64,000 bases of DNA from Hormiphora californensis. Its lineage: Eukaryota > Animalia > Ctenophora. The translations under genes and the position numbers were made by a program. Positions 14,024 through 41,558 of the stretch are shown here, in pieces (within the stretch, counting starts at the first letter, position 1; each line of letters starts with the position of its first letter). The notes under the pieces were generated by a model that was given only the letters and a program-made list of their open reading frames with translations, did not search any database and had not been told where the DNA came from. The stretch spans positions 5,704,001 to 5,768,000 of the forward strand of contig CM035354.1 of assembly GCA_020137815.1 (NCBI GenBank), in the 5' to 3' direction.

Positions 14024-16573
14024 TCAGTCTGTCGTTTCCACCTTTGTCTGCTGTGTTGTTTCTATGACTCTCAACTGTTGCTTCCTGATTAGATTCCGCT
14101 CCTTATCGCTAGCGGCCTGCTGTTGCTGAATGTCCAAGATGCTCTTCTGCAACTCCTCCTTCAGCTGCGAGTGCTCCAATATGGCTCGTGTCGTCTGTTC
14201 AGTAGTAGCCATGGAGATAGGAGATTCCGATTTGACCACCCGGAGATGCTCCGGAATATTTATTTCACTGCAATTCTCGTCCCGGGAATCTTGGCGCTGT
14301 TCTCGGGAGAAAAGATCGTAGTACTGGGAATATTCTACAGTCTCCTCGTCCTTACTGCCACCCTTCTTCCACTTTTGTCTTCTGTTTTGGAACCAAACCT
14401 GACAGGGGGAGGGGGTGGTATTAAATAATCTTCTTGCCTTTTCCGAGAAAAGATAAATCGCTATAATGATGCTTTTGCGGGGAATAATTGGTGGTGATAG
14501 GGGGGCTGAGAGTGATAGAGAGTGATTGAGAGGGATTCAGAGATCGTAGAGGTGGATAGAGAGGGAATAAAAGAAAGGTAGATAGAAAGAGGGACTTAAA
14601 GAGAGGGACTTGAAGAGATGTAGATATAGAGAGAGACAGATAGAGAGCTGGAGGCCCCAAATTGGTCAAATGACCCATAACAGCTTTATCCTTTCTTATT
14701 CCTAATGGACGCGATACACTAGTAAAATAGTGGTAATAATAGCACACAACTCGATTTGTGGTGGGGGACCCCTCATATCCCCCCGATTCAAGAGGTTTAT
14801 TCAACAGGGTATGAGGGGGTTGGGTTACAGTACTATAACTACTTAGCTGAGAGGGAGAGAGAGATAGAGAGAGAGAAAGGAGTGATTAATAAGGTGATAA
14901 CCATTTTGCAAATGAGTTATTGAGACAAATGCCCAAATTACCTTGATTTGTTCGTCTGTCAGATCCAACTTCTGAGCGAGGATCATACGGTCTTCTGTGC
15001 ACAGATATTTCTTCTGTTTGAACGTCTCCTATAACAAATCACAAGGTTATTGAATACGAAGTACCAACGTCGAACAGATGTGATATTCTCACTACCACCG
15101 GGTTATACAGGGGTTGATTTCCTTGTTCGACCCTCTCTCCGTTAGAACAAGGAATGTGATAGTGATGTAATAGAGGGGGGTGATACAGAGATTATTTGAT
15201 AGTGACCTACCTCCATTTGCTTCAGTTGTTCCCAGGTAAAGACGGTTCGTGGTTTGCGGCTGTTTCGACCGTTCATTATGTGTAATGCACTGCCGTCAAA
15301 TTTATACTCAGATGCCCCTAGAAGGAAGAAGTTAATTACAATAACTGTGTGTAGTGTGTAACTAATTAAATCCGAATTTAATTAATCAACTAATTAAATC
15401 TGAGTTTATTAAGACTCTCCCTGCTTCTTACATTGCATAGTACCAAGATGCCTGCCTCGTTGGGGATCTGAGGTAGTTTCAGCCGATGTAGCTAACTTGT
15501 CCGAGAACATGTATGCCATACTCGGAACGGCAGTAGTCCCAATTTTATCTAGGACACGAGTCTTCTGCTCAAGTAGAGACAGATCCTGGACTTTAGAGGG
15601 AGATAGTGCGTGGAAATCAATTCCCCTGTCACTCATTTGTAGCAGTCGCGTACCTAGGGGTCGAATGATGTTAAAGATATCCTACCCAATCAAGGGTGGG
15701 TTGAATGACCTAAACTAAGCCAATACATTTCTTGTGACTCATTGTCTCATACCTGCAGAGCTAAGGTTGGATGAATCAGACCGAGCTCTGAATGTCAGTG
15801 GAGTGCTATTATTGAGAGGAGTGGAGGGAGTTGACCCCTCTACACTCTCATCCCCCGCCTTCTCCTCCTCATCCTCCTCCCTCTCCGAGGTAGTCGGAGA
15901 ACCCTGGAGACTCATCTTCCTGGCAGCTTCCTTCACAAACGTAGGTTTAATTACATTGTCCGACAGGGTGGGGAATGGGAAGTTGTTGTTGTTGTTGTCA
16001 ACTTGGCGTGATAGTTCCTGTTGGCGCTGCAGAATCTCTGTAGATGATCGCGTGGCTGGTTTCTCTTGAAAACTCTTGAACGATCCACTGTACTTAGCGA
16101 TCTTTGAAGGGCGTTCTGGAGATTCGTCCGTTTCAGTCCTGAAGTGGGCAAAACAAACATTAACTTCATATCTAACATCCTTCTTTAGCTGATTTCATAT
16201 CTTTTAGAAGCCCTAATCGACTGAATTTTATGTGATCTTACCTGGGTCGATCATATTTAGAATCTTCATCCTCAGACGACGGACTTGCACTTCCCGGTTT
16301 GATAGTGTCAACTGTGGGAGGGTGGAGTTTGAATTAGTGAAGAGGAAGGACTTGCACTTAATTCACTGTCAACTAGGGGGAGCCGGGGAGTTAGTGAACC
16401 GTGTCCAGGGGGTTTCTCTAATTACACTTACCAAACCGAATGACCTTAACAGCCACATCAAGAAGGAAGATAAGAAACTCGTTATCAGATTTTTGTTGGA
16501 AGTGCAGCTCCGTTTTTTGTTTATGATACAGCTTTAGGACATCAGGGTTGGCGACAATAGGTTGAACCTCCAT
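14024..16573 (-). CDS. ANTP-class (NKL; Barx/Bsx-like) homeobox transcription factor, about 458 aa
   Basis: Seven phase-consistent exons: 16573-16432, 16311-16242, 16138-15753, 15653-15444, 15317-15211, 15028-14942, 14398-14024. Homeodomain SRKPRTVFTWEQLKQME|ETFKQKKYLCTEDRMILAQKLDLTDEQIK|VWFQNRRQKWKKG. Confidence 0.9.
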
Positions 16574-16599
16574 TCTAGTGGATGATGTTAATGTTAATG

Positions 16600-17860
16600 T
16601 AATATAGTCATATAACACTTTATAGTGTAAAATAATGGAGCACACACCAACAGTCTACGCTTCACATACTCGCTCACTGTCAAAAGTGGTACTGTCCAAA
16701 GTTTAAGGATTGCAATTAAAGAATACGCGACGGTTATCGGAAGACCGCTATAACACCTTATATAATTTTCTAGAACAGGTTAAAAAGTTAACAAGTTTAA
16801 ATTATAATTGTGTCCCTCATGCACTACTCGTCGTGACTCGTGTAGTATACGACTCACGAGCTTCAAATGTATTACGCAGTATGTACGGCAACTAGTTATA
16901 ATGATGTAAATTATGCATTTAATATACCGCTCAACAGTGAATATATACACAGAAAATACGTCCCAACACAGATACACCAATTGTTGACCCTGAGCCATTT
17001 CAAACGATGATGAAAATTGAAAAACACGATAAAAATGAGAATCGCGGCCGAACAAACCCAAGAAACTTTATCCAATCGCCAATGCACATACAACTTAACT
17101 CAGCCCCTGGACCCTGCTTGCACACCCGCTGGGGCTGCGCCCCTGCTTGTGGGGGGTTCACTTCTTCACACCCCCTGACCGAGGGCCGAGGCTGTCGCCC
17201 CGGACACCCAGCGACTTGCTTGCCAGCGCCGTCCCTGAACTCAGAAGACTAGAGACACCAGTGACCAGACTCCAGAGAGTACAACAGGAGACCAGAAACG
17301 GTAGACTTTTTGAATTTTTCTTTTGGAAAAGTTTCAGTTTGGGTCGTTTTTTGTTTTGGTTTTTTTTAACCTGATATGAATTCAGGCCAAAACGCGCGCA
17401 TCAGGAGCATGCAGCGCATAAAAAGCGTAAAATGTGGCGCGCCTTCATCTTCGGAGCGTGCGGTAAAAAAACTTTAAAGATTTTTGAGTTGTGTTTTTAT
17501 TTTTCCTGGAAGGCGCTGCGTCGGCCGTTATCCCGCACTGCGGGGCGTGTGGGTTGTGACACAACCCACACACCCACAGTCATAGGGTACCCTATCACAT
17601 TACGGTCTTTTAATTCTCTTTCCAATGTTATGAAGTCATTTTATCAGGAACCGGAAATATCATAAGAATTGTAAAAAAGGTTAAAGGGGATGAACAGTTG
17701 AAAAAATGAGATTAGCACATGCCAATTATTCTTTTTACTGTTTACAGTTCAGTACAGACTTTGAGTATGATATTTTACGATTTAAATTAGATTTGTCATT
17801 TGAATCCTCTTGTCAAAATCCAATTCTTCCTGTTTCGGTATAACTAGTTAGCTCCTGTTT
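16600..17860. promoter_or_regulatory. Probable divergent promoter region between the homeobox gene and EML
   Basis: Head-to-head genes; GC-rich block 17100-17240, candidate 5'UTR donor at 17301, CGCG-rich cluster 17390-17550. Confidence 0.45.
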
Positions 17861-17871
17861 AGGAGTTAGCC

Positions 17872-33977
<16,106 letters not shown>

Positions 33978-34392
33978 GACAATCTTTAGTAGTCACTATC
34001 ATGTGTTATATTCCTTTCTTTGTTTGCTGAAAATACAGGCAGTGATTAGGACACTGATCTCTGCTACAGGTGGAAAACATGCCTGCCAATATCTTTCTCT
34101 CTCATTTAATCGTTAAAGTACAAAAATAGTGATCTGTCATTTATTTTTTTAAATAATAGAGTGAATTGTTGATGTCACGAGCGTATATGTTTTTGAACTG
34201 CATATTTCAGATAACTATATAAATTATTTTGTTAGCTAAAATAGAAATTGCAGTGCGAAAATGTTATTGTTGTAATAATACCCATTTCTAGCCAATATGG
34301 CTACAGATCCCTTTTTTGCAAAGTCTCTTTGTTTTGCGAACTGTAAAATTTATAGTTAACGTTTGAGAAAATCATTCAACGTGTTTTCATTG

Positions 34393-34618
34393 TAAAGTCG
34401 GATTTTTTGAAACTGTCACCCCCCTGAAATAACAAAATTTGCCATATCTCCGGTTCCTGATGAGATAGAGACTTGAAATTTGGAGGTTCGGAAGAACTTA
34501 GCAAGATCTTCGTAACCTCCAAATTTCAAGTCTCTATCTCGTCAGGAACCGGATTTATGGTCATTTACGAAATTTGAAAATACCCAGGGGGGTGACAGTT
34601 TCAAAAAATCCGACTTTA
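34393..34618. mobile_element. Foldback MITE
   Basis: TIR taaagtcggattttttgaaactgtcacccccctg and a near-perfect inner palindrome (ccggttcctga.gagatagagacttgaaatttggaggtt). Confidence 0.85.
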
Positions 34619-34769
34619 TAAATGTGTTCAATTTATTCAAAACAAGCTAAAAAATTACGTCATAAAAAGTGGCGCGCAAAAGAGACGCGCGCAGTAAATG
34701 CTTTTTTACGCGCGTTTTGAAATTCTTACATCTTAATCTGCATCAGCAAAAAATGGTCCAGCAAACCAT

Positions 34770-35345
34770 TTGGCATACGTTGCAGGCCCCTTATAATATA
34801 ATATAAGGGGCCTGGAGGGAATACCGCGCTAGGGGGGAATACATAATCAATCATATCTCCAGTTACAGATAAGGTACAGAAATCGTTTTGGTAGCGTTGG
34901 AAAGAGGAAGATAACAGCTTTCAAATGCAACCGGTTTCAGGTCTCTATCTTATCAGGAACAGGAGATATGAACCAAACTCCGCAAAATCGAGTGCGGTAA
35001 AATAAAAAATTCGAGATTTTAATTAAAATTTGAAACAAAGTGTCCCTGCAGGGATCTGTGACGTCACTTTTTGAAAACAACCAATCTTTGAACGGCTATT
35101 GCTCAGCCTCCTCAAGTCCAATTAACTTCTCTCAAAAACAGCAAGGTAGATAATTGTCAGATCTAACAGCTAGTGAAAGAATCAAGCAAAACGGACTTCA
35201 GGGGCCAAAGTTATAAGCACCGCCGTTTTTTCGACCGCAAAGTTATTTTCGACCCAGCCGGGCTCAGGCCAAACGCGCGCGCGGCATTCCCTCCAGTCCC
35301 CTCGTTGCGGGGGTGCGCGCATGAGGGGGCTGCAGCGCATTCCAA
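34770..35345. mobile_element. 576-bp MULE-like non-autonomous element
   Basis: TTGG..CCAA imperfect TIRs; 9-bp TSD gcaaaccat (34761-34769, 35346-35354); ends match the 79-bp copy at 47316-47394. Confidence 0.88.
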
Positions 35346-35846
35346 GCAAACCATTTTTTGTCACTTTTTTTCCACAAATCGTTTTCGGTTTTCCTCGCGC
35401 ATTCTCGTCAATATTGTAGGTAATATCGTGTGTTTGGGTCACAGCGGGCAGCCGGAAGGTGCCATTTTATTGTTAACATGATAAACTCTTTTTGAAATTG
35501 ACATTTCCATGCTCGAAACCCCACGCTTCGCCTCTCAGAACCAGAGAAAATTCGACAGATTCGTGTTGGCTACGCCTGAAAATTCAAATCTGGCTGCCGG
35601 AACTGCAAATATTAGGGAATTTAGGTACAGGGTGTTCATTTTGGATCTTTACAAGCGTTGGGCTTCACCCAGAAAAAAGTTGACAAGATTAGGTCATGAA
35701 ACTTCATACTTAGACTACTAGGTAAATAATTAATTAGCTAATTAATTAATTAGGTAACGGAGTTAGTTCAGCTCAGATTCCTGACTCCTGTATTAGAGGA
35801 AGTTACTTTTTATTTAACATAACTTAACACAGTATTTATTTTATAG

Positions 35847-36762
35847 GTAAAACTCTTACTGACAAGTTCCCGGAATTCATGGCAGACATTGCAATTCGAC
35901 CCATCCTCTCTCAGATACTTGTCCTAAAGTCAACTGCAACGGGACAAAACCTAGTCGTCGGGAATACCCATCTATTTTGGAATCCTGAGTATGCAAAAGT
36001 TACATTCCTGCACGCCCATGCGTTGTGCACCAAGTTACAGCATGTTAGAGGGAAGTTTGGAAATGCCCGGGTGGTTTTATGTGGCGATATGAACTCTCAG
36101 ACAACTTCACTTGTCCATGAATACTTCACATGTGGGCGTGTTCAGGCGGTGAGTAAAGTAGAAGTTAGTAACTATGACTTACTTAAACTGCATATATTAC
36201 TTACCAATTAATTATTGACGGAATTTTAATCACACACTACAATGAATCACACACTCTCTTCAGGACGGAACAGAGTTAGGAGACTTCTGCACCTCTAAAA
36301 TCCAGAATCCTCTGTCCCTGAAACTTGCTCGAGGGGAACCCAACTTTACCAACTATACAGCTGACTTTAAGGATGTTATCGATTATGTTTTGTGTGACTC
36401 GCAATCCCAGGTAAACTTTCAAAGTACAGAGGGAGGTACAGATAATTAATTAGGATCGGTTAATTGTTGGTTGGCAAATTCAGCTCAGCTGAAATTTTGT
36501 TCTCTTCTTCCGATTGGACGAGATGATTATGTTTTATTCGTAGTTGGACTGCTCCCCTTACCCCCTCCCTTTGCCTTGCTCGACCCTGTTTCACAACTTC
36601 CCTTTGCCTTGCTCGACCCTGTTTTACAACCCCCCTCCCCCTCAGGTAGTAGCTGTTACACCCTCCTCAGATATAACGGACCTGGAGAGGAGTGAGGGTT
36701 GTCCAAGTGAGATCTTCCCATCAGACCACCTCCCAATCATATCCGATATTGATTTTCCCTAG
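35847..36762 (+). pseudogene. PDE12: 3' fragment (3 exons) of a PDE12/CCR4-like EEP phosphodiesterase, 5'-truncated at the Helitron end
   Basis: Exons 35847-36148, 36264-36410, 36646-36762 encode NTHLFW, CGDMNS, FTNYT..FKDVIDYV and PSEIFPSDHLP; AATAAA near 36912; no upstream exons present. Confidence 0.75.
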
Positions 36763-37123
36763 ATAGCTACAGTGATGTCAGAGCTCGCAGATAATTTTAG
36801 GGGAGTGTGTGTGCAAGATTATAAAACAACTGATGAGCGAATTCTCTGTATTTGGTTTGTGCTTCTGATATTTATTCTGGGACTGTTTTACTTTTAAACT
36901 GTTTAGAAGAAAATAAATTGTTTTTTGGAGTCAATAATTGATATTGTATTGAGAAAAAATAACGCAACATATGAATTTTCCAGCTTCAACATCGATTTTT
37001 ATTTCAAAATATTTGTTTAGATTTTGGCTTGAGATTTTTTAACATATGATAGGGCGCAAATGACAAATGACAAAGGTCCCCTAATTAGGCACAATGTCTC
37101 CCTAACTAGGCACTATATGTGCC

Positions 37124-38798
37124 CTAATTTGGCACCATTGTGTAGACATGATTAATAACCGTGCACCAGTCCCGATCCTTTAACTGATATCGATTCTTGA
37201 TCACTTCAACCGCAGCCACAGCATCATGGAAATCCATGCCATCCGGCTCAAAAGGGTTGGGATCAATATAGGTCTGTCGAGCCACCATGTTAAACACTTT
37301 GATGATGGACGCCACGGCGGTTTCCTGAGTTTCCATGGTGGCCTGTACTTTATACCCTGTCAGGGAGTTGATAACCAGAACAGTGACACACTCTTTAATA
37401 CAGTTCATCTTTTGTGAGATTTGTTTGATCACTGAACCCCTCAATTCCTTCTTGCTCATCCGGCCATCTCCCTCTGTGTTCTCCAGAAGGAAGATTGTTG
37501 AGGTTAACATGGGTTGTCCAAATAACTTTGCGACGATGTCTAGGAAACAGCAGGTCAGTTCGGAGAGCTGGTTATCTTCGGTTAACTCAAGGACTATCCA
37601 AAACGAACTCATACCAAATCCTGACTTGTATTTTTTCTTAAACTTCAGGTGATTCGCCATGGAGATGATTTGATTTTGTGCAATGCTAACCGCGATCTTT
37701 TCACTACTATCGATAGAGGCAGACACATGGAGCCGCAAGCCCAACCCGTATACCTTGACCGCCTTTATTTGGCTATACCGGAGTTTGTCCTCTTTGATTG
37801 ACATCATTTCTCGTATCATCCTGCTCTCCTCACCCGTATTTTCCTCATTATTCAGCTGTAGGCTGTAAACACCCCGCTTCTCGGCGTAATCATTTCCAAA
37901 GATGTCCTCTATATCATTACCAACGGGGTTCAGAAAGCATTTGAATGCCATGTTACCCAGTTGTCGGGTTTTCTCCGTGCTTTTCCCAACCACCACCATG
38001 TCGCACCTTGGGGGAGTAGGGAGTTAGTGTTTTAGGGGAGGTCGGGGGAGTAGGGATTAGGGTGTTTTGTGGGAGGTCGGGGGGGTTTTGAGCAAAGTTG
38101 GTGAAAAATTTAGGAAACAAATCAATCACATTATCATGAAACTCACCGGTTTTGTATAAACATCTTGATTTTTGTAATGAACTTGTGCTGCTCAGACATG
38201 GGACGTCCCATGAACATATTCCAGTCATAGTCCTTCTCTCTTTCAGACATCATTCCTCCAAAGTAGTCAGGCATGTAGGCTGTCCTGGAATTAGGTTTGC
38301 TAAAATCGCTAATACTACAGTCCTACTTAACTTGTTCAAATGTTCAGACTGTCAGAGAATTGAAGTACATTATGAACGGTACAAATCACAGCTACTTGAA
38401 CTAACGATTAGTTACTAACCTGAATCGAGCGTTAGTTGACAAATTTCTCTGATCATCCTCTGCTTCTTCATTCCACAGTTTCACCTCATTCCACCTCCCT
38501 TCCCCGCTAGAAGTTGGATTTGTGGACTTGGAAGCCTTTACATTACCTCCGGCCTTTGATCCTTGTTGACCATGCTCAGTAACTGCGTTTTAAGGGAGTG
38601 TCGTCGTGGTCGATTCAGCTCTACGGTGCTGGTATATAGTCAACGAATAGCAAACAACACGATTTAGTAATGGCATGTTTTATGAAATCTCTTTTTGTAG
38701 TCAGTAACATGGCACCTGTCTGATAGAGCACTTAGGGGAATACTTTGGGCGAGGAGGGCGAGGTCGATGAACATTCGTTCTATGCTGGCGTCACTCAT
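37124..38798 (-). CDS. Uncharacterised protein with a degenerate AIG1/GIMAP-like P-loop domain (Helitron cargo)
   Basis: Confident exons 38284-38147 and 38006-37124 join in phase 2 (..MFIQNR|CDMVVVGKSTEKT). Candidate upstream exons 38798-38716 and 38628-38547 join in frame only through a weak acceptor at 38322. Family call is by eye from VVVG-x5-KT and FWIVL..LDIVAKLFG..TIFLL. Confidence 0.55.
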
Positions 38799-39231
38799 AA
38801 CTGCCATTCATTCCTCTCGCAATCACGGTGTCAACAGTTCAGCCAAAGAAAATCCGCTGTCATACCGGTCCAATCCAAGGACGGGTCAATCGCACGTTGT
38901 CCTTTCTGAGTTAGAGAATGATGTTGGTTGTTGTAACGCGCGGTAACATGCAGACAGGTATTCGCGCGCAAATTCGTCAGATCCGAAGAGCGCGCTTCTT
39001 CAAAATGTCAGGAGCGCGCGAAATAAAACATCCTCCGTTGTGATACTCCGCGCTGCGCGGCTTGAATTCGGGAAACAAAGTGGGATTTTGAACTAAAAAT
39101 CTGAGACTCCTGTGTCAGTTTTCTGTTTCTCCGTTTTCAACGTGCGTTTTAAGCTTATTTAAAGCGTTGTGACTTGTAGTTCCCTAAGCCTACCTCTTCC
39201 AACTCATTCACTCACTTAGGTCCACCACGGT

Positions 39232-39531
39232 ATGGATAACAAAGGCCTGTATGACACGGAGAGAACACAAAAATATCTAAACACCCATCAAATCCCTGAA
39301 ATAATCGAATCACTCCTCACGTCAGTTGCATTTTACCGGCCTGTGGACCCGTTCAGAGTCATCCTTCAAAACCTACAAAGGCTGAAAAATGGAGAAATTC
39401 CAGGTGCGCTTATTTGGGACAGTTTTATTGAGGAGTCAGATGTTCCATGTGAAAAGATTTTCAAACCGTCTTTTATCGAACAACATATTTTTGACAATCC
39501 ACTAGAGTACCCGTTTGCTGGGAACCCGTGA
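39232..39531 (+). CDS. Small RIIa/Dpy-30-type dimerisation-docking domain protein (Helitron cargo)
   Basis: KYLNTHQIPEIIESLLTSVAFYRPVDPFRVILQNL fits the YL..H.I..L..RP.DP pattern; acceptor at 39219; donor 4 nt after the stop. Confidence 0.6.
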   Translation: MDNKGLYDTERTQKYLNTHQIPEIIESLLTSVAFYRPVDPFRVILQNLQRLKNGEIPGALIWDSFIEESDVPCEKIFKPSFIEQHIFDNPLEYPFAGNP

Positions 39532-40492
39532 CCTGGTAAATGGTAATTTATCCTCATATAACCGGTGACATTTGTGTTTGATTTTTAAATGATAATTTGT
39601 TTGTTCCTTAGAGCAATGAGTCTCATAGTAGGAGCGGTTAGATCAGCACGTGCAGAAAGTCGCGCGCCACCCTAATCTCAGGTTACTCTACGGCTTCATT
39701 TTGCCATCCAATCCAAAAGGACCTTCATCAAACCTGTAATCTCCTCAAGGAGAAGCGAAAACTTGAGGGACATTTCTGATAATGATTGGATGCGACCTCG
39801 AGGAGATATGACAATGCGCAAAAAGGGGTGGCATGCGACTTTAACCACGTGGTGATCTAACCGTCACTATATCATACACCTTGGGTTTTTGAAAAAACGG
39901 CCATTACAATTTTGGCGAGGCGGGTAAATCATTTACTGTAACGCGCGAATTTTCCCAAAAAAGCGCTGTTTTTTACGCCGCGCGCGGAACCTAGAATTAC
40001 GCGCGCAGTGTAAAATTTTAAAATTCATTGAAAATTTCCTCGCGTTTTATGTCGCCAAAAAAAGTCGACGAAAAATTCCAAATTCGTGAATTTAAATTAT
40101 AAGAACTCCGGTTAGTTCTCATCTTGCCAATCCGTTTTCGGGAACCCTGGCCAAAGGACATTAAAATTCACATAGCGACCAAGTTTCATATCGATTGGAT
40201 AAGATTTTGGGTGGCTACGGTGAAAAATCGTATTTGGCATTTTTAACTTTCCCGACGCGATTTACGACCCTTAAACATTGAGTTACGGGAAATCACTATA
40301 AATAAAATGAAGTTCAAACGATTCTCTTTCCCACTATTGCGTTAGTTTTTTGATTTAGAGCCGTTTTCAGGGCTCTAGAAGCGTTTGAAAAATGTAGGTC
40401 TTTTTGTCGCAATGACGTCACCCCGTGACGTCACTGCTGTAAAGATCGGATCAAAAATCTGAGCCCGTACTTACATCCGCCTTGGTCCAAGG

Positions 40493-40852
40493 CCCAGTGG
40501 CTTTTTATAGCGAATGGGCGAATCCCATTCGCAGCGAGAAATTTGACTGACAGCAGAAAAATAGAGAGAAAAATCCCTGTTTTGCTTGCTAATGCTGCTC
40601 TCACACCTCATTAGTGCTCTTATGTGATCGTTACATGTTTAGAGAGCCACAATTGCTAGAAACGGGCACGGATTTCGATTAGAGATCCCAATTGTTAGCA
40701 GTTATTCCCGCTGCGCCAGCGGAATTACAGCGGAATGTGAGAAGAACGAGAGCAGAACGACTGCTGCCACAGCAGCAGCGACAGCGGAATGGGATCTAAT
40801 CAGGTTCTGTGACATGCGATTCGCAGCGAGATTTTTCTAAAAAGCCACTGGG
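40493..40852. mobile_element. 360-bp MITE with 8-bp TSD inserted in the Helitron core
   Basis: TIR cccagtggcttttta/taaaaagccactggg; TSD gtccaagg (40485-40492, 40853-40860). Confidence 0.88.
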
Positions 40853-41558
40853 GTCCAAGGTACCCGTGTACAAATTTTTAGGGGTCTAGCTCAAAAACTG
40901 TGGGAGGAGTTTGAAAAACCAATTAACGGACAGACTGACTAACATTATGGGATTTATTATATGGATTCTATACCCTCATTCAAGGTTCCTGGGGGTTTTG
41001 GAGCTTTAGGACCCCAGGAAGTGTGTTTTTGGCATCAAAACTACCAGAAGGAATTTTTTGCTGGTGCTGAGACTTTGCTAAAATGTTTTTTGGGTATTTT
41101 CTATGTCAATCCTAAAGTTTCATAGAGATTGGATGTGTTTTTCAGACTCAAAATTTCGATAAAAGTGGCTGGAAAGGCTCGAAAACAGCTCAAAAACGGC
41201 TAAAATTGAGTCTTTCCAGCCACTTTTTACAAAATTTTGAGTCTGAAAAACACATCCAATCTCTATGAAACTTTAGGATTGACATAGAAAATACCCAAAA
41301 AACATTTTAGCAAAGTCTCAGCACCAGCAAAAAAATCCTTCTGGTAGTTTTGATGCCAAAAACACACTTCCCGGGTTGCTAGAGCTCCAAAACCCCCAGG
41401 AACCTTGAATGAGGGTATAGAATGGTCCAAGTATGAAGTTTCATGACCTGATCTTGTCAACTTTTTTCTGGGTGAAGGCCAACGCTTGTAAAGATCCAAA
41501 ATGAACACCCAGTACTAGACATCCATAAAGTAATAGACTTTCTGCAATAGCTCCTACA

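Larger units (their letters stand above)
35718..40965 (-). mobile_element. Helitron-like element with about 4.4 kb of captured host DNA
   Basis: Minus strand reads A|TCCATATAATAAA ... palindrome taattaattagctaattaatta, then tttacCTAG|T. Inserted between A and T with no TSD, judged against the intact opposite arm of the host foldback (gtatagaA|Tggtccaag). Confidence 0.8.
35628..41512. mobile_element. Tc1/mariner-type foldback element (305-bp arms) with the left arm split by a Helitron
   Basis: TA flanks (35626-27, 41513-14). Left arm = 35628-35717 (90 bp) + 40966-41180 (215 bp); right arm = 41208-41512 (305 bp). Confidence 0.88.

Noticed and set aside
38420-38676. Apparent premature TAA suggesting the AIG1-like cargo gene is a pseudogene
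   Set aside because: Depends on frame choice; an alternative splicing path gives an open frame, so the status is unresolved.
35628-41512. Composite cut-and-paste transposon carrying the genes between its TIRs
   Set aside because: The cargo interrupts one arm rather than the spacer and has its own A|TC...CTAG|T ends, favouring a later Helitron insertion. Later mobilisation of the whole unit cannot be excluded.
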